A stretch of 64,000 nt of DNA from Torpedo marmorata (GCA_977017645.1 OZ360221.1:205592001-205656000); one strand, 5' to 3'; counted from the first letter of the stretch, positions 12,116 to 24,830 are shown. Notes: a model not told the origin generated them from the sequence alone. Program-made: numbers and translations.

Positions 12116-12829
12116 AGAGTCTGCCAGCAAAAGCACCAAACTCGCAAGACACCATCATTAACACCAGTCCCCCCGTAGGAGTAATGCTTCAATCCAATAG
12201 AAACAGATCTTTCAGCTCTTTGGCACATTACCTCTGCAGAGCTTTTGAAGTGTCCGGCCACAGCTGTATTCAGTCTCCACAGAGCCTTTTGAAGTTAATT
12301 AATCATCTGCTGCCATTGTAAAAGATGTTATGGATTCTGCTCTTCCTGGCCGGTTATTGCAGAACTAACCCATCTTGTGTGTGACATCGTTCATGAACTT
12401 CCACCTTCTGTGAGCATGACCCAGGTTTGTGCCCCCACCCCAGTTGCCAACTGAAGAATGCAGTTTTTCCCCAACGATCTGCACCAAAATCTCTCAACGT
12501 TGCCATCGGAAGCCCACGAAGCGGTCAGAGCTTTGCAGTTCACCACATCCATGTCACAAGCCTGCCAATGAAGACTCCATTCCAGGAAGCGTTAAACTAG
12601 AAGCAGCATTAACTGCTGTTATGTCAACTTCTATTGTGATCCAAACCCAAAGTCACTCGGCAGACCAGAACGAGTAAATAGTGGAGGAAATCTGGCGAAA
12701 CCTCACCAGGAACAAGATTTATTCCACAATCACTCCCAAACAAAACCACGCAACATTCAGCCCAGCTCAGTCCGTACCAGCCTGAGTAAATCATCAGAAA
12801 TGGATGCTGGCAATGGGTGCGTGCTCACG

Positions 12830-13270
12830 AGACAGGGAAGGAGGGGTGGGGGCCGTGTCACCCACTGATGTGCGTCCTGACGCGTGGGGGTGAGGTGTGA
12901 CCCTGATGAGAGGGGGTAGGGAGGGGTGGGGTGTGCTCCAAGAGGATGGTGAGGTGGGGCGTGCCCCCTGACGAGAGGGGGTGGGGTGTATCTCCAACCG
13001 GAGGGGAAGGTGGTGGGATGTGCCCAACAAGAGGGTGGTGTGCTAGGGTGAACCCTGTGATGAGAAGAGGGGTGGGGTCCACTCCATGAAAAGAGGGTGG
13101 GGCACAGCCCGTGATGAGGACATGGGGCTTGGTTAAGCTCCCACTTTGGAGAGGTGGGGGGGAACCTTCTTATAAGGACAGAGGGAGGAGAGCACCTCCC
13201 ACAACCCCCCACCCCGCCCCGACGAGGGGGGTGGGGGGTAGGGCAGGCCCTGACGAAGAAGAGTGTGGCC
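12830..13270 (+). repeat. Degenerate G-rich tandem or low-complexity tract
   Basis: Recurrent gaggg(g)tgggg / ccctga(t/c)gag motifs at irregular 30-45 bp spacing. Confidence 0.6.
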
Positions 13271-14264
13271 CACCCAGCTGACACAATAACAAGCTTCTGC
13301 AAGAGGAGTGGTGAGTCCACCAAATGAAGGCTTGCGTCATTTTCTCACATGGACCCAATTCCCCCACTGGGGTTAAAACATCTCTCCCCAAAAGTGCTTT
13401 CTACAGGCAGTGTTGCATAGATAACAGATCAGTTGCTCCATTGTAGTGCATGGAATCAAGCCTGATGGAAATATGTGTGTTATTCTTGGTGGCGTCAATC
13501 AGCAGTCACGAGTGGGAACTGAAAGGGAACAGCTTTCCACTGCCAATCTCCAGGCTGACCATTGCCAAAAATCCAACCTCGTATCAAAATGAGCATTGAC
13601 TCATCAGAGCAACGTAACACGTCATGGATCATCTGGGGAAACCACACAGCATTCTTTAAATCTATTCTATGAATTTATAACCACACTCTACAAAAATCTG
13701 AATGAGTCACAGTTGCCAAGGGAGAAACAGCAGAGAGAAAAAAAACTGCATCATCGCAAAAAAAAAATAACAGAAGCACACGTCACTGATGCATCAAATC
13801 CATTCACAAGCAAAAGTGAGATGCCCCAGATTACTGGAAACTCGACTGCTTTCCTCGTGTCGCCCAGCCTTCATTCGTCAGCTGTTTTACTGCAGCAAAA
13901 CCACACACACACATCATGAAACAGCACAACTTTGATGGAGGGAGGAATATGTTACTTTTCACAAAGGAAGACTACCCATGAAGTGTGAAGAAAATCCTTT
14001 CATCTCCACCTCACTGGCCAAGACTCCAAAGGTTGCACTTTGAATGTGTTTTTTTTTGTAATTTCAGAAAAGCACAACACTGAGATGTGATCTTCTGCCT
14101 CTACACAGAGTATGGATACCAGGAGTGATGTTCCTGTTGAAAAGTATATTCCAACATCAAAGTACTCTACCATTATTGAAGCCTAAACTACCCAAACATC
14201 TATCAGGTGACATCAAGAAGCCACACAATTCTTGTTGGTTACCATTCCAGGTTGCCCGCTAAAT

Positions 14265-15377
14265 CAGGGGTGGCCAAATGATACATACGATAAACTTCAG
14301 ATGTTTGAGAGCAAGACATGAAAAAACATTATGTACACATTTTTACTCTTACAGCACATTTTGTTACAAAGTTTTATATAAATAAGAAATACATATACGT
14401 AATAATATTTATTCATGTATGTCGTTTTTAAACTGCTAATTTGTATTTGTTTCAATAATCAAAATGTACACTTACCATATATACTCGTGTAATAGTCGAA
14501 TTTTGTGGACCAATTTTAGGGTAAAATTTAGGAAGTCAACTACAGTATTACATGCATACTACTTTTGACCACGGTAAGTACCTGCGTCGTTCGGGGCGTC
14601 GGGAGCCTGGATGGTCGGGACCAGGTGGTAAGTCCACGTTTGAGGCGCTGGAAGCTCTAATGGGCGGGCAGCCGGGGCCTGGGGAGAGTCCACGGTCAGG
14701 AGCTCGGATGAGAGGGCAGCCGGGGCGTCGGGAGCTTGGATGGACAGACGGCTGGGGCGTCGGGAGTTTGGATGGAAGGGTGGGGCATCGGGAGCTCAGG
14801 TAGACGGGGCCGAGGTGAGAGATGGCGGTCAGGAGGCCGGGGTATCGGGAGCTCGGATGGGTGGGAGGCAAGGGCCTAGGTGACAGGTGGCGGTCGGGAG
14901 CTCGGAAGGGCGAGCGGGAGGACGGGGCGTAGGGAGTTCGGAAGGGCGGGCGGGAGGCCGGGGCGTACGCGAGAGTCCGCGGTCAGGGCGTTGGGAGCTC
15001 AGACAGGCGGGTGGCAAGGATCTCGGACGGGCAGGGCATCAGGAGCTCGGATGGACGGGTGGCCATGGCCGAGGTGAGAGATGGCGGTTGGGGCATTGGG
15101 AGCTCGGAAGGGTGGGAGGCCACGGTGTCGGGAGCTCAGGTGGGAGGGCGGTAGGCCGGGGCATTGGAAGCTCAGGTGGGAGGGCGGGAGGCTGGGGTGT
15201 CAGGAGCTCAGGTGGGAGGCCGGGGTCACACTTGCACTCCGCTAATTTCAATGCCCGCAACACAGTCACGTGCGCCACAATCACGCGATTGCAAGCCACG
15301 TCCACCAACACTACACAGCCAACATATTTCCGCGAGCCGCACATTCATGTCAGCAAGCCGCAGTTTGGCCACTCCTG
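14265..15377. mobile_element. Non-autonomous hAT (Charlie-like) element with composite interior
   Basis: Termini CAGGGGTGGCCAAA ... TTTGGCCACTCCTG. Flanks cgctaaat (14257-14264) and tgctaaat (15378-15385) form a 7/8 TSD. Subterminal (g/a)agccgca repeats at the right end. Confidence 0.88.
14590..15225 (+). repeat. CpG-rich degenerate tandem array inside the hAT element
   Basis: Many copies of a ggggc(g/a)tcgggagctc(g/a)g core, often ~33 bp apart. Confidence 0.8.
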
Positions 15378-16950
15378 TGCTAAATCAAGACGGATGTACC
15401 AATTAATTGTTTGCCATTCATGAGTTGCCACTTGCCAGCAGTGTTGAGTCTAATGCTCCAGTTTAATGTACACAAACAAAAATTAGTCTTTTAAAAGTAA
15501 CAGCCAGCAGCTTCATCCCCTCCATAAGTCCCCTCACATGCCCTCTGTCATCTTCCAGGTTCTGATGCGAAATCTCATGAGCAAGAACAGTTGGGCTCGG
15601 ATGCAGCGAGTGAGTACTGGCCTGCCCTCTCTGTCATCTCTTGCAACATCGATTCCCAATGCTGACTTAGTCGCAACTCTTCACAAGTCAAATGTTACAG
15701 ATGGGGAGCAAATCTGCTGTGCAGACAGAAGGGTTAACTGTGTCAGAACAGAGATGCCAGCTCCACCCCATAGAGCTCAACCAGCTATCATCCAACCAGG
15801 GTTTTTCTATTCTTTTTGCATAGAATTTGGGTTTCCAGTCTGTGGAAGCTTTAGTTTCAGAATAAATGTGAGAACTCTCCAATCAATTATTGCATATTAC
15901 TCTAGTGAATTTGGCACTGCTTCAAGTCCCATAAAACAAGTTAGCTCCAGAACGTACCAATGTACCAGTGACATGGATGAAGTTTATGGAGGTTCTCCCA
16001 TCCACCCCCCAAAAAAACAAAAACAAGATAGAGAGGCATGGCAAGAAATTCAAATATTAGAACTCCTGTTCTACATGCCTTGAAAGGCACAAATATTTGC
16101 TGGAGTACATCACTAAACTTTAGTTTTGCATTGGAAGGGTTCTCCAAATCGGCTTACTACATCAATACTGAATTTACAGCATCCAAGAGAAGCACGCTTT
16201 TTAGGCCTTGGCATTCTGTACCATGATTTTAAAAAAAACAAACTCTGAATAAAATGGACATGCGGGTCCTTTTACTTTACAGCATGAATGTTCAAGATGA
16301 AAATCCACCCCAAATTAGATCCTGCTTTTATTAGCTTTTCAACAAGCATTTAACTGTCAGGATTACATTGTGGTAAAACCTATCCTTCCCTTCTTAGAAA
16401 GTGCTGGCATTCATCGAGGAAGAGCATCAGCTTACGAGCTGGGAAGTTGTGCGCTTGAATTCCATTTTAGAAATCCGGACCAAACCCTGGTGCGGTGCCC
16501 AAGGAATGTTACACAGTCAAAGGTGCAAAGTTTCAGGTGAGGTGCTGATGACTGGCCAATCACAGCTGGCCAGTTAACACAACACACGAGGTAGGGGTGG
16601 GATGGTGATTAAGAAAGCAACTTCACCACCGTTGAACTGAAGTCAACTTTTTGGAGCTACTGCAGAACAAGCAGGCAGGAGCGGGAGGTGCGTTATTGGG
16701 GCAGGCAAGCTCTGAAGTCCAACAGCAGTGGCTTCCCTCTGCCACTAACACCGCTGTATGCTTTCTCCATGCAGCTGATGGGAAAAGGCAAGAGATAGTT
16801 TAGGTGTTGGGCTGAATGGCCTATTTTAATGTTTGCTGTCTTAAACTGTGTCTTTGCAACATAGATTTAACAATTCATTGATTTGACCAATTGCATATAA
16901 AGGTGTTGTTAAACAGGAAAGTCTGCAGATGTTATGATTATTAGTACAAG

Positions 16951-17146
16951 ACACAAGCGTGCTGGAGAAACTCAGCCGGTCACGCAGTGTCTTTCGGAAG
17001 CAAAGGCTAACCAACGTTTTGGACCTGAGCCCTTCGTCAAGTTATGGAAGCAAAGGGCAACCCTTTGTCAGGCCCAAAATATCGGTTACCCTTTTTTCCC
17101 CAATAGATGCCATGTGACCTGCCGAGTTCCCCCAGCACGCTTGTGT
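16951..17146. mobile_element. Penelope-derived fold-back (two inverted terminal repeats, no coding part)
   Basis: Left arm acacaagcgtgctggagaaactcagccggtcac... is the approximate reverse complement of the right arm ...gtgacctgccgagttcccccagcacgcttgtgt. Confidence 0.85.
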
Positions 17147-17854
17147 ATTGCATATAAAAGTGTTGCTGTTTTTCTGAGATCAGGCAAGTGAAGCAATGCT
17201 TAATTTTCTATACAGCGCCACAATCTTTCATTGCCAGGCAATCGATAAAAAGATCTCAACTGAAAGATCATCTAAAGCTCCATCTTGCCCTTCCCCACCC
17301 TTCTGTATTGCTGAGAGCATACCGTGAAATTCCACAGAAGTAAACAAAAGATTGAGCTGCACTGATCAAAGTGTGTAGGTCTTCATAAATGTAGCTGCAT
17401 TCAATGACAAGTAACACTGCCCTTTAGAATATGTACGAATGCGCAACAATAAAACGGAAGCCTGTCTGGGCAGAGAGGGGAGGGAAGGCAACGATTGAGA
17501 CCAGAGCTGTTCGACTGAAACATTCTCCGTCACGGACAGGGACAAAGATGGGACACGAATCAATAAATCACAATCACTTTAAAACTGGTAACAGGGTTAG
17601 CAAGGAGAGGCTAGGGTTAATACCAGCAATTCTGAAATCAGCCTTTGCAAATACAATGAAGCAATCAGCTAAAGTAAATGGTTCTGGATCACCAAGGCAG
17701 CGGTAAAAATATTCAAACACAAACCTCATTATTCCAACAATCCTTCTACAGTCAAACATACACTCTGGTCCCTGATAGCCTTGTCCATCCCCAGCACTCC
17801 GCTCAGACCATTTCCAAATGGGGGAAAACACACACACAGAGGAAAGCACACACT

Positions 17855-19690
17855 GTCAAGTTTACTGCCATCTGATTGCACAAGTACAACCCGACAAAAG
17901 AGCATTCTCGGGTCCTCGGAGCAAAACACGCAGACACACACCAGACAAACAATTCATATGCAGGACAAGTATTCATATATACAAATAAATAAATATTGTT
18001 TCATGGACATGAGGGTCTCGGATGGTTAGTGTGAGCAGTTCCTTTGGTCGTTCAGCATTCTCTCTGCCCGTGGGAAGAAGCTGTTCCTCAACCTGGTGGT
18101 GCTGGCTCTGATACTCCTGTATCTCTTTCCCAACAGGAGCAGCTGAAAGATGCTGTGTGCTGGGTGGAAGGGGTCCTCAATGATTTTGCATGCCCTCTTC
18201 AGACATCAATCCCGGTAGATCAAGTCAGGGGGGGGGGAAGGGAGACTCCAGTGATCCTCTCTGCCACTCTTATGGTCCTGTGGATTGATCTCCGATCCAC
18301 ACTGTGATGCAGCCGGTCAGGACGCTCTCGATAGAGCTCCTCTAGAGGGTTGACATAATGATGGCCGGTAGCCTTGCCCACTTCAGTCTTCTCAAGAAGT
18401 GTTGCGCCTTCCTGACAAGTGAGATGTGTGTCCACGATAGGTTACTAGTCGCGTGAACTCCAAGGAACTTGGTGCTCTCCACTCCAGAGTTGTTGATGTG
18501 TAATGGAGGGTGGTCATTCCTGGTCCTCCTGAAGTCCACAAACATCTCCTTCGTCTTGTCCATGTTGAGACTCAGGTTGTTACTCCTGCACCATTTCATG
18601 AGATTTTCCACCTCTTCTCCGTAGTGCGACTCATCGTTGTTACTGATGAGGCCAACTACTGTTGTGTCATCTGCAAACTTGATGACACTGTTGGAGCTGG
18701 ATCTGGCGATGCAGTCATGGGTCAGTGGCGTGAACAGGAGCGGGCTGAGCACACAGCCCTGAGGTGCACCAGAGCTCAGCATGACGGTGCTAGACCTTCT
18801 GCTACCGACCCAGACAGACTGTCGTCTTTCCATTAGGAAGTCCTAAATCCAGTTACAGAGAAGGGTGTTGAGTCCCAGCGAGGACAGCTTCTCCACCAGC
18901 CTCTGAGGAATGACCGTATTAAACACCGAGCTGAAGTCAACGAACAGCACCCTGGCGTACGAGGCATCGTTCTCCAGGTGGGTCAGGACAGAGTGAAGGG
19001 ACAAGGCTATAGCATCGTCTATAGAACGGTTTCTTCTGTAGGTAAATTGAAACGGGTCTAGTGTCTCTGGGAGGTGTACTTTAATGCGTTCCATCACGAG
19101 CCGCTCGAAGCATTTCATAATGGTGGAGGTCAGTGCCACAGGCGGTAGTCATTGAGGCCTGTTATTGTCACCCTCTTGGTTACCGGGATGATGGTGGCTT
19201 TCTGGAACCCTGCGTGAACGATGGATTGCTGCAGTGAGGTGTTGAAGATATCTGTGAAGACCTCCGTCAATTGGTCTGCGCAGGCCTTCAGTATCCGACC
19301 AGGTATGCTATCTGGTCCCGACGCCTTGTGTGGGTTCACCTTGGATAGGGTTCTCCTCACCTCGGCCGCGGCTATGCAAGGGCCCCATTCATCGGGGGGA
19401 CACGGAGCTTTCTTCGGCATTATCCTGTTGTTCTCATCAAACTGCGCATGGAAGATGTTCAGTCTGTCCGGAAGGGAGGCGTCATTGTCCTTAATTCGCA
19501 AAGTTGATTGTGATCCATAATACTCTTGATCCCTTGCCACATGCACCTCATGTCGCACAGCTGTCTGTTGATATTCTGTGCGTACCCCCACTTTGCCTTC
19601 CGGATTGCACGGGAGAGTTCAGCCCTGGCTGATCTTAGTGCCATCCTACACCCTGTCCTGAAGGCAGCATCACGAGCTACTATCTCAGTT
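17855..19690 (-). mobile_element. Rex1/Babar-like LINE, 5'-truncated, multiply frameshifted
   Basis: [34 protein letters not shown] and [13 protein letters not shown]...KFADD; 3' UTR similar to 60120-60260. Confidence 0.95.
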
Positions 19691-20507
19691 TCCAATTTAA
19701 CAATACACTGATATTGGTCACCTGGCTGTAAACCTATTCAATTCTTGGTCTTATCACATGAAGCCTATACTCAAAAGAATCAGCAGGTCAAGCAGCATCT
19801 GTGCTGAAGTGGCTGGATTTAACCATCATCAGCCCTGTGCCAGACATGTAGGTCTAACCTGAAGAAATAGTTTTGATGTAATGAAGCACCTCACCCTCCC
19901 TGCCATGAAGACAGGGCATGGCTCTTTTTAAAGAATTTCTGACAGAAATGCAGAGAAACAGTCATCCCCCCAGGAGATGATGATTATGTTGAGTGACGGT
20001 TAAACTGAAATCAAATTGGTCTTGTAACAGTAGCAGGGCCTCACACAAATCTGAGAGTAACCAGTTTTCTTACAGGCCCCTGGCCAATATTTTTTTAAGA
20101 GTAAAATGCACCACCTGAATGCTTATTCTCTAAGCATTTCCAATGGTAAACACTTTCTGGCAACCACATAAATCATTTTCTAAATATTACACATTATAGT
20201 CACTGCAAAACTAATATAGCAGCTTTGGGAGAGTGCCAACATAGAGGGCATTGGCGGTCAAAGAAAATCATTCTGGTTTTTTTTTTTTTTAAAATCTGGG
20301 TCTCTAAGCCCTGCTTAAGTTCAAATGCTTGTTTCCCTGAAATAAATTGTTTATATTATCTTCTGTCTTGCTGTTTGAAATCATAACGGTTTCGCATCTT
20401 GCTCGCTGGATGGCTTTTGTGATGCCTTGAAACTGGCAGGTCAGGTTTCCCACTCTCCCTTGAAATTCACCAGTTCTTTGGCAAATTGACTGTGTTGCAT
20501 TTCAAAA

Positions 20508-20608
20508 AGTGAATTAAAAGTGTGCTGTAGCAAGGTACATAGTGAATTAAAAGTGTTCTGTAGCAAGGTACATAGTGAATTAAAAGTGTGCTGTAGCAAG
20601 GTACATAG
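20508..20608 (+). repeat. 33-bp tandem repeat x3
   Basis: agtgaattaaaagtgt(g/t)ctgtagcaaggtacat at 20508, 20541 and 20574. Confidence 0.95.
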
Positions 20609-21777
20609 CCCAATAGTTTGGAAACCAACCTGTCACAGCACCAAAGCCACAGTAGAGGTTTTCAAAACTAAAGACAGATTTAGAGCAAGTGGCTCTGAGG
20701 AATAGGTCCCCGTCCCCCCCAACTCATATGGGTGGCTGTAATCTGAATGCACTGACTGAGTGAGCAGTGGAATTTGGGACTCTTGCATCATTCGGGTTAC
20801 TTGGCAAGCATTTGAATCACAAACATGCAGAAGGCTACAGATAAATGGGATCAGTGCAGTAGCTATTTAATGTTCAGCTGGAGAGCCTGTTTCAATAATG
20901 TATGACACTGAAAATGTTTCCTTATTCTGACAATCCTTTTAAAAGTAAAGTCAATATAACTCAAGAGAACAGACATATTGGACTGGAGAACTGGTGTTGA
21001 AAGATTCAAACAGTACTTTTTCCATAAAGTGCAGATGTTTCACAGCCAATGTCCAAATGTTATCCAATCCACATGAACCATTTGGCAGAATGACCTGCAT
21101 GTCCCCATTTTCCAATCATCAGATGATAAAAGCATGCAATCAAGTCCTGTTCTGGCAAATAACACTGCAGGCAAGAAGGCTGCTTCAAATCAAGAGGATC
21201 TAGATTCCAGAACTACTGCTTGCGTGTTTTCAAAATGCTGTTAAGGCGGAGAAATAACTTACCTGGAAATTCAAGTAATGCTATTTTTAAAAAAATCAGA
21301 CTTTCAAGATCTTCCTGTGCATTACATCACAAACAGGAAAACTGTGGGTGTGGACATGGATGCTATTATGAAAGGTGTTAGCTTTGTATGCATTTGGCGA
21401 GGAAAAATTGACACGGGAAGATCTCAATTTAGCTGAGTGTAGGAAGAAATAGGAGGAACCAGGTGCACAGTTGTCAACAACCCACTGCACCCACACCCAG
21501 TACTGCCCATTAAAGCATCCTCAAAGAAAACAAGTTAACTACAAGGCAAGTGGGGATTGGACGCCCTTGCTGTCACCCACCGTCAAATAAGCTTTGGATG
21601 CGCTAGCCCATGTGCAAGCCCAACATGACAAAATGTTAGATGTGGGCTCCACTTGCCCACAGCAGGTCATAGTCATCCATTGTACCTTTGGTCCTGTGGT
21701 AACGCAGTCCAGTAGAGTGATCGATTGTGACACTGTGTGGAAAGGGGTAGGTCCGCGTCTGAACATCATTTAAATTA

Positions 21778-22380
21778 CACTGGACAACAAAGATTTTGCT
21801 TCCTGAACACTTTGAGTGTATTTTATGAATTTTGGGCTGTTGATCATGAAAATCACCTTAAAATTTTCCTATCACATACCGTTTTTGAGATATAACCTAC
21901 TTTTGTAATTTCCTGTCATATTTTAAGTCTACTTCAAGCATACAAAAACCATGAAGTGCAACATGTCATTGAAAATTCATTTTCTGCATTCGCACTTGGA
22001 CTTCTTCCCTGCTGATCTTGGTGCAGTTAGTGATGAACATGGTGAAAGATTTCACCGGGACATTGCGACCATGGAAAAGAGGTATCAAGGCAACTGGAAT
22101 CCATCAATACTGGCCGACTATTGTTCGACACTGACACAAGCATCGGATGCTGAGTATAAAAGAAAATCAGCGGCAAAATATATTTAGGTCAGTTGAACTA
22201 ATGCAATGTGTCAGCATCATTATGCAATTAAACGTGCTAAATTCAATAAAAGTTAATTTAATGTTTCTCCAACTTCCTACATAAGCAAATCAGAAATTAT
22301 CTTTTGTATGAAGTTGTCTATCATAATCCCCTATTTTTTTTTCAGGAAGCAAACCTTTGGAAAAAAATTGTTGTCCAGTG
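21778..22380 (+). mobile_element. Internally deleted Chapaev3-like (CMC) DNA transposon
   Basis: TIR CACTGGACAACAA ... TTGTTGTCCAGTG with tta on both flanks (3-bp TSD). Subterminal ttgcttcctgaa/ttcaggaagcaa. ORF 21951-22187 CNMSLKIHFLHSHLDFFP.DLGAVSDEHGERFH.DI.TMEKRYQG resembles this group's transposase C-terminus. Confidence 0.85.
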
Positions 22381-22599
22381 TTATTTGTCTCCTTGAGAAG
22401 TTCGATAACTTGAGCTCACCCCTTTCTATCCTCCATAGCCTCCAAGGATTATTTCTTTCTGGCAGGTCTCAAAATTGCATCTTATTAAACCTACTATTTG
22501 GTTTGCAGTGGATGCATCGAAATGCAAGTGTGTTATTTCCAGAGTAACCTTGAATGAAAGTAGGATGGCAGTGTTTTTGAAAATTAAATCTGTCAATCT

Positions 22600-24830
22600 T
22601 CAAAAGCCAAAAGATCACAGATAGCTGACAAGGCATTAATGATACGACGAAAGAAATGAACATTTACAAAAAATAGATATATTGGAGAACCATAGTCGGA
22701 GAAATAATGTTAAAATTGTGGGATTGCCCGAAGATTATAAAGGGATAAATTGAACTGAATTCTTTCAAAATTGGATTCCAAAAACTTTGGGCAGTGAACA
22801 TTTTCCAAATGGACTTGAATTAGATAGAGCTCAGAGGTAACAGAAGGAAACGATATCCTGGACAAATGCCACGCTCAGTGTTAATTAGATGTCTTCGTTA
22901 CCAGGATAAAGAGAAGATACTGAGATCAGCTGTTCAAAACGCTAGAAAGAACCAGGGTCCATTGACGATCAATAAAAATAGGGTATTTTTTCATGCTGAT
23001 TTAAGCGCAGCAATATTTTAAAAATGAACAGAATTTAACCCAGCTAAAGCAATTTTTTGGAGCAAACTTCAAGACCTGCGTGGATGAGTGTGTGCCCACG
23101 TGCAAATACCGGGTGTTCCCCAACCAGAAAAGCCCTGGATGAATCAGAGAAATTAAATTATTTACCATTATTTACTAATATTAAAAAAGATTGAGAGTTG
23201 GAAAGATTTACCTATAACTTTAATAGGAAGGGTAAATTGTAGCAAAATGAATGTTTTTCCAAGATTCAATATCTTTTTCAATCAATTCCTTATGAAATTC
23301 CTCAAAAACTTACGGATTTAAATTTAATTATTAGGACATTTTTGTGGAAGGGAAAGTTGGCCAGAGTAGGTATGGAGAAATTAACTTGGAATTATGAAAT
23401 GGGAGGCTTACAACTTCCCAATTTTCAAAATTATTATAATGCAGCTCAATTAAAATTTATTAATGAAATGTTTGATTTAGAAAAATCTTCTGCTTGGATT
23501 AGAATAGAATTAAATAATATAGGAGAGGATTCAAAAGAAGTAGTTATTTATAAATGGAATTCTAAATTATTATTAAGGGGAGGTAAAAATTCTCCTATTT
23601 TAAAACATTTGTTAGAAATATGGAATAAAATGGATAGGGAGATTGGAGGGAAAGGGTTAATATCTTGTAAAATGCCTTTATATCAAAATAAACTTATCCC
23701 ATTTACTATTGATAACCAATTGTTTAAAATTTGGTTTCAAAAAGGGATTTAAAAAGTAAATGATTGTTTTGAAGCAAGTACATTTATTACTTTTCAAAGA
23801 ATGAAAGCAAAGTTTAATGTATTAAATAATACACTTTTTGCTTATTATCAAATAAGAACATTTTTAGTTGAAAAGTTGGGTTATAGTTTAATTTTACCAA
23901 GACAAAGTGAATTGGAACTATTAGTTACTAAAGCGGGTATAAATAAATTTATTTCTCAAATGTATAGATTGTTACATTAAAAAAATGCCTAAACCAGGAA
24001 TTCATAAATCAAGATTAAAATGGGAATCAGATTTCATTGGAAAGAAATATGTAAACAAAGTATGACGAAAATTATTAATGTTAGATATAGGTTAGTGCAA
24101 TGTAACTTTTTGCATCAATTATATTTAACGCCTAAGAAATTAAAGAAATCTAATTCGAGACTATCAGATTTATATTTCAGATGTAATAGAGAAGAAGGCT
24201 CTTTTGTACATTCTACGTGGCTTTGTCCAATAATACATGCTTTTTGCTTGAAAGTTAAAAAATTTTTAGACAAAGTATTAAGAATTACACTCCCAATGAA
24301 TCCTATGATATTTTTGTTTGGAGATTATAAAAAGAATTAGTATTAAAATGAGATTAAATATGTATCAAATAGAATTTTTGCAAATTGCTTTAGCTGTTTC
24401 AAAGAAATGCATTGCTATTACATGGAAATCTGATGTAGATTTAGGGTTAAAAAGATGGCATGCAGAACTTCGTTCATGTATACCACTTGAAAAAATTACT
24501 TATAATTTACGTAACAAATATTTATTTTTGAAAATATGGAGCCCATATATAAAGACTGTGGGTTTAAGGATTTGAGGATCTCTCGATATCAGGTCTGACT
24601 GGTGAACCTGTGTTCCACAATAAAATTAATGTATAGTTGTTCTTTTTTTAAGATTGACATTCTCCATACTCTATCTCTTTTTTTCTTTCTTTCTATATTA
24701 TTAAAGTAGAAGGGGTGGGTGGGTTAGGGAGGGGAGGGTGAAAATATATCACATATATTCTGATAATTTTGTATTTTGTATTTTATAAACATGTATTATC
24801 GTGTGATTTAAAATTTTAAATATTTTTTTT
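22600..24830 (+). mobile_element. L1-clade LINE remnant: ORF1 part joined to ORF2 C-terminal third
   Basis: 22670-23060 reads IDILENHSRRNNVKIVGLPE...LELDRA (L1 ORF1-like). From ~23150: WKDLPITLIGRVN..KMNVFP, GGLQLPNFQNYYNAAQL and RC...GSFVHSTWLCP; G-rich 3' UTR at ~24710-24740. Confidence 0.9.

Noticed and set aside
12757-13323. 188-aa Pro/His-rich ORF
   Set aside because: Low-complexity G/C tract with no recognisable domain.
14548-15423. Pro/Gly/Arg-rich ORFs
   Set aside because: Translations of a GC-rich repeat array inside a hAT element.
15538-16083. 181-aa ORF in non-repeat sequence
   Set aside because: No recognisable domain or splice context; consistent with a chance ORF.
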